From positions 1 through 28,771 of IMG/VR virus record IMGVR_UViG_3300038379_000184: a DNA stretch of 28,771 nucleotides; one strand, written 5' to 3'. This document shows, in pieces, positions 8,505 through 16,900 of the stretch. Position 1 is the first letter of the stretch, and each line of letters opens with the position of its first letter. Under the pieces are notes generated by a model that ran no database searches, had not been told where the DNA came from, and worked only from the letters and a program-made list of their open reading frames with translations. Source of the stretch: a virus. Taxonomy: Duplodnaviria; Caudoviricetes. The translations under genes were made by a program, and so were the position numbers.

Positions 8505-9599
8505 CTAGAAGCTGGCCGGGCTCTCGACCACGATCACGTCGTTGTTCTTCACCTTGTTGGAGAAGGCGATCTGCGTCGTGCTGACCCAGGTGATGTCCTT
8601 GCCAGTCCCCTTAGACTGGAGTACGCCGTTGCGCCAGACCTTCACGCGCTGGTCGTCGCGGAAGTCGTTCGCGGTCGCCGGGAGGACAGGCGTGCTGTAC
8701 TGCGCGAACAGCGTGCTCGTGCCGGTGCCCGAGAACACGCCCGTCTGGATGTTGAACGTCTCGCCAGCCGCCGCCTGGTTGGTCACGTCGAAGTGGCGGA
8801 ACGGGGGCCGCGGGATCGTGCTGCCCGGGTCGATGATGTCGGGAAGCTGCCCACCGCCGAGGAGCGCGCCGCGGTCCAGCCCGTAGAAGCTCTGCTGGCA
8901 CGGAAGCTGGAACTGGTAGGTTGCCGCCGGGAGCGTGACGGCCACGACAGCGTCCGTCACCGGATCCACCTTCACGAAACTGACCTGAAGGTTCTCCGAG
9001 CCAGCGCCGGCGACCGCGGTGCCGTCGGCCGTGCCGTTGAGCACCTGAAGGAGACCGAACACCTTCGCGCCGCCGTCAATGGGCGGGTCGTTGGTCCCGT
9101 CGAGGAAGATGTCCACCGCGTTGAGCACGCGGCCGGAGCCCGAGGCGGCCGTCGCGAGGCTCGCGACCGGGGTGCCGGCGACCGTGAAGCCGGCCGCGTT
9201 CGCCGCGATGTAGGCATTGTTTTGCGTGCTCGACGCGCCGACCGCGACGATGCCGGCGCCGCCGGAGAGCATCGCGCTGCTGATCGCGCGCACGTTGACC
9301 GCGCCGCCGAGCGTGAAGGCGTTGTTCGCACTCCACGGGAAGATGAAGGCGAACTTCTTGTCGTGGATCTGGCGCAGTCCGAAGTTGTCCAACGCGGTCG
9401 CGATGGACACGAACCAGTCGGCCGTGCCCGCGAGGCCCTGCGGGTCGATGATCCGCCGAAGCTGCGAACGCAGCGCGTTGAGGTCGAACTGGATGTGCTG
9501 ATCCGCCGCCGCGGGCGTCTCCAGCCCCGCGCCCGGCGCTACGGTGTCGTCGTAGAGGTCCGAGTTGCGGAGTTGCGTTTCCTGGTCGAGCTTCGGCAT
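8505..9599 (-). CDS. Hypothetical virion structural protein, 364 aa
   Basis: SD AGGAGAGG, tight gene packing. C-terminal domain is paralogous to that of 9614..10327. Confidence 0.7.
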   Translation of the reverse strand: MPKLDQETQLRNSDLYDDTVAPGAGLETPAAADQHIQFDLNALRSQLRRIIDPQGLAGTADWFVSIATALDNFGLRQIHDKKFAFIFPWSANNAFTLGGAVNVRAISSAMLSGGAGIVAVGASSTQNNAYIAANAAGFTVAGTPVASLATAASGSGRVLNAVDIFLDGTNDPPIDGGAKVFGLLQVLNGTADGTAVAGAGSENLQVSFVKVDPVTDAVVAVTLPAATYQFQLPCQQSFYGLDRGALLGGGQLPDIIDPGSTIPRPPFRHFDVTNQAAAGETFNIQTGVFSGTGTSTLFAQYSTPVLPATANDFRDDQRVKVWRNGVLQSKGTGKDITWVSTTQIAFSNKVKNNDVIVVESPASF

Positions 9600-9613
9600 C
9601 GCCCTCTCCTACG

Positions 9614-10327
9614 CTACATCGTCGGGAACGGTGCCCGAACGAGTAGCTGGTCCTTGTTCTTGATCTTGATGTTCAGCTTGATCTGCGTCGAGGAGACCCA
9701 CTCCGCCTCGCCGTTCCCGCTGCCATCACCCTTCGTGAGTTCCTGCCCGTTGAGGTGGACTTCGATCCTACCGTCGTCCTTGAACGCCGCGCCGCTCGCC
9801 GGGAGGGTCACGTTCGTGTCGCCGCCGACGGGAACAGGCGAACCGACACCGGCGTACACGCCGGTCTGGACGTTGATCGCGGTCCCGACTGCGACCAGCG
9901 CCGTGAAGGGCCCAAGCACGGCTTCGCGAAGCTCGAAAGCGTTGAAGTCGAGGATGGCCTCGCCAGGCCCGCCCGGGGTGAGCGTGTCGTTCGGGACGAT
10001 GATGGTGCTCGTCGGGTTGACGCTCGGGGTGCCGTCGGCCTCGCGCACCTCCACCGCGCTGCCGCCGCCGCCCGCGCTGATCGCCGCGAGCACGTCGTCG
10101 GCAAGCTCCGACATCTCGACCTTCGTGCCGCTCGGGCTCATCTCGTCGCCGGCGTTGATCGGCTCGCGCGGGTAGTAGGGCGGGATCACGCGCCGCCCGC
10201 CGTCCACGATCACGCGGGGGTCGTCACCGTGGCGCTTCTGCTGCGCAGCGATGACGGCCTTGCGCGTTTCGAGCGCCTTCTCGGGCTCGAAGCGGTAGTC
10301 CCGGATGACCTTCCGCGGCTCGCCCAC
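9614..10327 (-). CDS. Hypothetical virion structural protein, 237 aa
   Basis: GTG start 3 nt after the neck gene's stop codon. Shares its C-terminal domain with 8505..9599. Confidence 0.7.
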   Translation of the reverse strand: MGEPRKVIRDYRFEPEKALETRKAVIAAQQKRHGDDPRVIVDGGRRVIPPYYPREPINAGDEMSPSGTKVEMSELADDVLAAISAGGGGSAVEVREADGTPSVNPTSTIIVPNDTLTPGGPGEAILDFNAFELREAVLGPFTALVAVGTAINVQTGVYAGVGSPVPVGGDTNVTLPASGAAFKDDGRIEVHLNGQELTKGDGSGNGEAEWVSSTQIKLNIKIKNKDQLLVRAPFPTM

Positions 10328-10330
10328 GCG

Positions 10331-11125
10331 CTACCCGATCCACCCCGGCGGCGGGTAGGACATCTGCGACACCTTGAGTTCGTTCTCGACCTTCTCCCAC
10401 TCCTCCTTCGACTCCTGGCGAAGCTCGTTGGCGTCGGTCTGAATCTCACCGCCCCCGGTCTTGATGGGACCCTTCGAGCCGAGCGTGCGCGCGAGGTAGT
10501 ACTTCGCCTTCGCCACAGCGGCCTGCGTGAACAGGCTCACCTGGTCGTATGGCACCTCCTCCAGCTTCATCTCGCGGGTCGCGAGCGCCATGATGCGCTG
10601 GGCCCTGCCCGGCGTGCTGATGTAGAGCTTCCGGTCGGACGGGTTCCAGTACCAGTCCGCGCGGCTCCCCGTGAGGCGCTCGTACGTGCGCTCCGCAACC
10701 TGCATCTCGAAGAACAAGCGCGGCCCCTCCATGCCCCAACGGAAGTAGTAGCCGCCGAGCAGCGCGATGGGCCCGAGGATCGTGGCCGAGTTGGGGGCGG
10801 GGGAGAACTCGACGCGGATGATGCGCCGGATGTACTCGTCGCTCGCGGGCTTCGTGTGCGCCTCGTCCGCGAAGAACGAGATGACGATGGTTTGCCCGGA
10901 GGGGATGTCGAAGGGGAACCACTGCCGGCACGGCCGGTGGCGGTTCCAGAGTTCGAGGGCCGCCTGGAGCGCGCCGTCGATCTGCTCCTCGCTCAACTCG
11001 GGGTCCACCCCGTTGCCGCCGAGGTCGCGGAGAACGCGCCGGCGCCACTCGGACCGCGTGTGTCCGAGGGCGCCGGCCTTCTGGATGGGCACGGCGTTCG
11101 AGGTGTTGCTCGCGTCGTCCGCCAT
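10331..11125 (-). CDS. Neck / head-tail adaptor protein (T4 gp13-like), 264 aa
   Basis: 'RVLRDLGGNGVDPELSEEQIDGALQAALELW' and 'AKAKYYLAR...GGEIQTDANELRQE...PPPGWIG' match both conserved ends of gp13-type neck proteins. SD AGGAGG. Confidence 0.85.
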   Translation of the reverse strand: MADDASNTSNAVPIQKAGALGHTRSEWRRRVLRDLGGNGVDPELSEEQIDGALQAALELWNRHRPCRQWFPFDIPSGQTIVISFFADEAHTKPASDEYIRRIIRVEFSPAPNSATILGPIALLGGYYFRWGMEGPRLFFEMQVAERTYERLTGSRADWYWNPSDRKLYISTPGRAQRIMALATREMKLEEVPYDQVSLFTQAAVAKAKYYLARTLGSKGPIKTGGGEIQTDANELRQESKEEWEKVENELKVSQMSYPPPGWIG

Positions 11126-11137
11126 GCCAGCCTCCTA

Positions 11138-11764
11138 CTACAGAGCGATGTCGAACTTCTCCGCGAGCAACTGGCGCATGAGCGCGCCGGTCACCTCCGC
11201 GTCGTCGTCCACGTACTCCTCGGGGATGATCCCCGCCTCGATGCACCAGGAGCGAAGCTGCTCCACCGTCGCGCGCTGGAGCTTCCGCTTGCTGAGGTCC
11301 AGGCGCGAGGTCCCGGTCACCGGGGTGTCGGTCTCGGACTGGCTCACCTCATCCCGCGCCTCGGGCTCCGGGCTCGGGGGCGGGAGGAGCGACGCACCAG
11401 CGGCCCCGCCAGGGGCCTCCGCGGGCTGCTCCTGCGGCTCGGCCTCGGCCGTGGTCGTCTCCGGGCCGGGCCGCTGCGTCGAGGGCCCGCCACGGGGCGG
11501 GAAGTCGGGGTTGCCCTCGTCATCGAACCAGCGCCGCCGCTTGTCGGTGTTCACCGGCTCCCCAGGTACCTGGGAGCGAGTGACGGGCCCCTGCCCCGGT
11601 CGCGCCGTCTCCGGCACGTTGCCCACCGTGCCGATGGCCGGGGGGATCGCGTCGAGCACCGCCGGCGCCGGGACGCTCCCCTTGAGGTGCGTCCCGCTCA
11701 CGCCCTTGGCGTCGTGCATCCCGCCGTGCGACAGGATGGTGGTCCGGTTCATGCCGCGGGGCAT
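11138..11764 (-). CDS. Pro-rich hypothetical protein with a C-terminal HeH/Rho-N-like helical motif, 208 aa
   Basis: Disordered P/E/T-rich body ending in 'LQRATVEQLRSWCIEAGI...TGALMRQLL'. Confidence 0.55.
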   Translation of the reverse strand: MPRGMNRTTILSHGGMHDAKGVSGTHLKGSVPAPAVLDAIPPAIGTVGNVPETARPGQGPVTRSQVPGEPVNTDKRRRWFDDEGNPDFPPRGGPSTQRPGPETTTAEAEPQEQPAEAPGGAAGASLLPPPSPEPEARDEVSQSETDTPVTGTSRLDLSKRKLQRATVEQLRSWCIEAGIIPEEYVDDDAEVTGALMRQLLAEKFDIAL

Positions 11765-11767
11765 GGA

Positions 11768-12247
11768 CTAGATGCCCCTCGCGGCGCGCGTGAGCGGCGA
11801 CTCGGGCGCCAGCGGGTTGTAGGGGAGCGGCTGCTTCCCACCCTGCTCCGCCGACTTCTTGCGCGCGGCGATGATCCAGTCCTCCTCGCGCTTGCCGATG
11901 CGGATGTCGCGGATCTTGTTGACCGCCTCCAGGCGGTTCACGTCCACCTGCTTGAGCGGCATCATGCCGGGCAGGCGACCGAGCACCGAGAGGTAGTAGG
12001 CGCCGCGCCGGCGATCCCCCACCTCGATGCGCTGCGGGTCGTTCACCGCGTGCGGCGCGGCGATCATGACCGGACCCGTGCCGATGTTGATGACCACATC
12101 GTCGGGGGCGTCGGAGATGATCTTCCCGCCCTCCATCCGGTTGGTGTACTCGTAGAGCTTCGGGTCGTCGCCGCTGACCGTGGGCTCGGGCTTCGGGGTC
12201 TTGGTCGGGGTGGCCGCCATCGTGGGCGCCGTGGTGTCCTTCGCCAT
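11768..12247 (-). CDS. Hypothetical protein downstream of the major capsid gene, 159 aa
   Basis: SD AAGGAGG and in-operon packing. Confidence 0.7.
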   Translation of the reverse strand: MAKDTTAPTMAATPTKTPKPEPTVSGDDPKLYEYTNRMEGGKIISDAPDDVVINIGTGPVMIAAPHAVNDPQRIEVGDRRRGAYYLSVLGRLPGMMPLKQVDVNRLEAVNKIRDIRIGKREEDWIIAARKKSAEQGGKQPLPYNPLAPESPLTRAARGI

Positions 12248-12328
12248 GAGAGTGCCTCCTTTTCAGGCACAGCGCAGTGTAGCAGAAGCGACCGTCAAGG
12301 TCGCCATCTCAGTTCGCCGTACGCCAAG

Positions 12329-12358
12329 CGGGGCGAGGGTGGTGTTCCCCTCGCCCCG
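12329..12358 (-). terminator. Hairpin downstream of the major capsid gene, candidate terminator or mRNA-stabilising stem
   Basis: 11-bp inverted repeat CGGGGCGAGGG/CCCTCGCCCCG with an 8-nt loop, ~55 nt after the capsid stop codon. Weak U-tract. Confidence 0.6.
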
Positions 12359-12413
12359 TTGAGTGTTCATGCCGTCGAGCGAAGTGCCCTACGGCGCCAA
12401 GAGTCGGTCAGCC

Positions 12414-13871
12414 CTAGAGGTTGACCAACTGGAGGGTGGCGATCATGTCCGAGTCGATGACCTTGATCGCGTACTCCGAGAGCAGGGCGAAGTCCTTGCG
12501 GAACGCCCGGGTGTGGACCGGCGCCTTGTAGAGCGGCACGTAGTCGCCCTTGATGGCCGCCGTGCTCACGAACTCCGGCCCGCGGTAGGTCAGGAGCGCC
12601 TGGTCGCGCGGGTAGGTCGGGTCGATGAACACGTCGATGTCGTGGTCCGTCAGGCGGCCGAGGAAGCGCGGGCCGGCGATGCCGTCGTTCGCGTACCGCT
12701 GGCCCTGCCACCCGTCCTGGAAGGCGATGGCGAACGCGATGCTCGGGTGGAGCACCATGACGTTCGGCCGGGTCGTCTGCGTGGCCTCGTACACGAGGTC
12801 CTGGAGACGGGTGACGAACAGGTGCAGCGTCTTGAGGTGGTCGCGGTAGCTGACCCCGGTGGGCGCCGTGTTGTCGAACACGACCGCGCCGCCGGTGGCC
12901 GCCTTGCGAAGCTCGTTGACGACGTGCTTGAACACCTCCTGGGCGATGAGGCGCGCGCCGGCCTCGATGATCGTCGGCTCGGCGTCGATCCCGAAGTCGT
13001 TCATGAAGTCCATGACGGCCTGCTGCGACCACGAGGCGCCGAGCGCGCGCGGACGCGCCTCGACCTGCTCGGCCCGCAGGTGGATGCCGTACTCGGGCAG
13101 CTTGAGCGCGGCCTCGATGTTGTAGACGTACTTCGCCTTCACCTGGGCCGCGGTCGCGCCCGCGAAGCGCAGGCTGATCGCGCCCGAGATGTAGTCGATG
13201 GTGTTCGTGATGCCGCCGCCGGGGGCGCCCACGTCACCGACCAGGAGGCCGTTGCCGTTGTCGCGGACCACCTGCGTGCCGTCCGTCACCTCCAGCGAGC
13301 CGGGGATGACGGGCGCGTAGTTGGCCGACACGGCGTAGTCGGTGCCGCCCGCGGCGCCGAGCACCTCGTCGTTGACCTTCTCGCTCGACAGGTTCTCGGT
13401 GCCCCGGAACCCGTTGAGGGCGTCGAACATCAGGGCGCGGTCGGGCAGGTCGCCCTTCGCACGCTCGGTCACCACGTCCAGGTAGTGGATGCGGCCGAGC
13501 CGGCCCGACATCGGCTGGACCGAGATGACCCGATCCACGATGTCGTCCGCCTGCGCGGCGGCGATGAGCGCGAGGCCGTTCTTGACCCACGCCGGCAGCG
13601 ACGCGCGGGAGGTCTCGTCCAGGAGCCCCTTCCCGAACATCTCCGCCGTCTTGTTGACGAAGTTCTCGAACAGGATGGCGGCCTTCGTGGCGCGCATCGG
13701 ATCGAGCTTCCCGTCCGACCCCTCCAGGATCTCCAGGGGGTTGATGGGCTTGTCGATGCCCAGGGCCGGCATCGTGAAGTTCTGGAACCGCCGCACGCGA
13801 TCCTCGTGCTTGCGGACGATCCCCTCAGCGATCACGTTGGCCTGGCTGGCCTGTTCCCTCGTGGCGAGCAT
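12414..13871 (-). CDS. Major capsid protein (T4 gp23-like), 485 aa
   Basis: gp23 motifs 'ISVQPMSGRLGRIHYL' and 'VEARPRALGASWSQQAVMDFMNDFGIDAE...IAQEV'. Follows the protease/scaffold gene. Strong SD. Confidence 0.95.
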   Translation of the reverse strand: MLATREQASQANVIAEGIVRKHEDRVRRFQNFTMPALGIDKPINPLEILEGSDGKLDPMRATKAAILFENFVNKTAEMFGKGLLDETSRASLPAWVKNGLALIAAAQADDIVDRVISVQPMSGRLGRIHYLDVVTERAKGDLPDRALMFDALNGFRGTENLSSEKVNDEVLGAAGGTDYAVSANYAPVIPGSLEVTDGTQVVRDNGNGLLVGDVGAPGGGITNTIDYISGAISLRFAGATAAQVKAKYVYNIEAALKLPEYGIHLRAEQVEARPRALGASWSQQAVMDFMNDFGIDAEPTIIEAGARLIAQEVFKHVVNELRKAATGGAVVFDNTAPTGVSYRDHLKTLHLFVTRLQDLVYEATQTTRPNVMVLHPSIAFAIAFQDGWQGQRYANDGIAGPRFLGRLTDHDIDVFIDPTYPRDQALLTYRGPEFVSTAAIKGDYVPLYKAPVHTRAFRKDFALLSEYAIKVIDSDMIATLQLVNL

Positions 13872-13922
13872 GTTCAGTTCTCCTTGCCTTGTCTCTTGTG
13901 TTTGCCGCGCGCGCCCGGGGCC

Positions 13923-16900
13923 CTACTGGCCCCGACGACGCTTGCGATGGGCGGCCACGCGGCTCGCCACGTCACCGTTCCCCAGCCGCGCCCCCGTGCC
14001 CAGCCGATCCGAGAACGGGGACGACGACTCCATCAGGGACCCGACCGGCACCCCGTCACGCGGGGCGCCGCTGTGCGCGTCGTTGCTGCCGACCCGCTCG
14101 ACCAGCGGGGGCGCCGAGGGCGTGGCGGGCTGGCGGCGCTCGACCAGCGAGAGCAGGCCGGCCACCTCCTCGTTCAGCGCCTCGACCGACTCGCAGCGCA
14201 GGAGCCGGCTCTCGACCTTGCGAAGCTCGGGGTGGCGCTCGAACGCCTCGGCCCGGGCGCGCTCCATCTCGGCCAGGTGCGCGCTCTCGCGCAGGGCCTC
14301 GATGGTCTCGTGCTGCTCCTGGCAGAGCGTCTCGTAGCGGTTCACCTCGCCCTCCAGGAAGGCGATCTTCTCGCGGAGGTGGGCGGCGATGGACTCGTCC
14401 TTCTCGTCGTCCTTCTCCTTCTCGTCGTCCTCACCGTCCTCCTGCTCGGTGACGGCGGAGCGGTGACTGATCCGACGGCCCTCCGAAGGCATCGCGATGG
14501 GCGAGCCGCTCGTCGGCCAGGTGCCGGTCTTGACCACCTCGCCGTCGCCGGCCGAGGTCGCCTGGTCGTAGTCGCCCTCGGACCCGCCGTCGCCCTCCTC
14601 ACCGCGCTCGCCCGGGTCGTTCATGCCGTCGATGGTGGAGTAGTCCGGGCCCTCCTTGCCCATGTACTCGTCGCCCTTCACGACCACGCCGGTGTCGCCG
14701 CCGTGGCGGGCGGGAAGATCCTCCTCCGCCAGCTTGACGATGCGGCTGGGGCGGAAGCGGGCGCCGTCCTCGCCCTCCCACACCTCGCCCTTCGTGATGG
14801 GGCGGAGCTTCTTGCCCTCGGCCAGCGCGCTGTGCGTGACGCGCAGGCGCTTGTCGGTCACCGCCTCCAGGATGCCGTCGCGGTTGTAGAACTCGTACGA
14901 CAGCGGGCGGTCGCCCTTGTCGAACCAGACGCGCACGGCGCCGGCGACGGGCCCACCGCGCTCGTTGAGGCGGCGGGTGAACGTGAGGTAGTAGGCGCGG
15001 GGCATGACGCTCTCCTTCTTCGACCCCTTCTTCACGCGCGACGCCTGCTGGCCCGGGGTGCTCGCGGCCTTGACGTTGAGCCCGTGCTTCTTGGCGTAGT
15101 TCGCACGGAACTTCTGGTAGTACTTCGCGCCGCCCTTCGTGCCGCGCGCCTTGGCCGCCTGCGACCCGGAACGGGCGAACGCCTTGCCGAACATCGCCTT
15201 CATGGCGGCGCGGTTCTGGGGGGCCTCCATGAGCTTGTTGAACTGACGCCGGAACGACTCCATCGCCGCCATGCCGCACCCCTCCTCGGGCATCTCGTCG
15301 GCGCCCATCATGTCCATGCTGTCCATGCCGGGCTCGTCGTCCTGCTCGCCCATGTCCTCGGGCTCCTCGAAGCCCATGTCGTCGTCGCCGCCCATGTCGT
15401 AGTCGATGGAGTCGTCGTCCTGCTCGGCCATGTCGGCGTCGCCGGGGTCCTGGCCGTCCATGTCGATGCCAGCCTCCAAGTCCGCCTCGCCCATGTCGAT
15501 GCCGGCCTCCAGGTCGGGGCCGTCGCCGTCGGCGGGCATATCGGTGTCGTCCGACTCCTTGCCGCCGCCCTCCATCTCCTCGTTCACGTCGAGGTCGAGG
15601 TCGAGGTCCATCGGATCTTCGCCCTCGAACTCGTCGGTCATGCCGTCCGGCATCTCGCCGGTGGGCTCGGGCACCGTGTCGCCGCCGGCCATGTCGCCGG
15701 CCTGGCTGCTGTCGTTGCCCGCCTCGCGCACCATCCGCTTGATGCCCATGATGTTCCTCTCCGCGATGGGGCGGCCGTGGCGGATCTTGCTGACCGCCTC
15801 GACGCGCGCCGTGATGCCGCTTCCGGCCAGCACCCGGCGGACGTGCGCCACCGCCTGCTTGCCGCTCTCGAACGAACTGTACACCTCAGCGACGCCCTCC
15901 GCGATGGGCTTCGCCACCATACCGGCGCGGCGAAGGGCCGGCAACGCGGAGGTGTCAGGCTTGGTGGTCACGCGCATGACGGTCCCGCTGTAGGGCAGCG
16001 TCACGACATCCTTCCACGTCTCCTGGAGCTTCGCCAGCACCTTCTGCCACTGCGGCCTGACGCTCTCGAACGAGAGCACGATCCGCGGCGTGCGACCGCC
16101 GGTGACGGGGCCCGGACCGACGGGCTGCGAGTAGCGCCCCATCATGCCGGCCATGCCTCCGATGTTCGGGGCCACGACGGCGTTCGGCGCGAGGCTCGCG
16201 GCCTCACGACCGATGGCGTTGCTCTGCGCCGCGTGCTGCTGGGCGCTCATCGCACCGCCGGCGAGCACGAGCTTGTAGTGGTTCTCCGCCACCTGCTGGC
16301 AGGAGTCGAGGGTGGGGATCTTCGAGGCCAGGCGCTCGGGGGCGAGGTTGTGGGGATGCATCCACACCTCCCATTGGCCCGTCGTGCCCTGGTAGGCGCG
16401 GTAGTGCGCCGAGCCGTCCTCGAACGCGAGCAGGTACTTGCTGTACCCGCTGGGCGGAAGCTCCGACTCCGTAAGCTTGCACTTGCAGACGCCGCCGGGG
16501 CAGTCGATGAGCGAGGCGGCCTTGCGCGCGTCGGCCTCCGCGAGCAGCCGCACCTTGCCAGCGTCGCCGTGCGCGCGCTCGTTGAGCGACTTCACGTAGC
16601 CGGCGAGTTCCGCCCACGCCTTGCGGATAGACTCGCGCAGGTTCTCGTCGGCCGGCACCTCGGCGCCCGGGGTGCTCTCATCGATGACGCAATCCCAGGT
16701 GATGGGATCGAAGTCGTCCTGCACCTCGTCCACACCGTTGCGGCTCTGCACCGAGCCGTTGCCGCGGGACGAGAGGCCGAAGCGCACGCGGTCGCGGATG
16801 TACGCCTCGACCACGCGGCCGGGGGGCGTGCTCATCGTCTCGAAAGTGATCCACACCTCGCCGTTCTCGTCCGGCGGGCTGGCCTCGGTGACGACGATGG

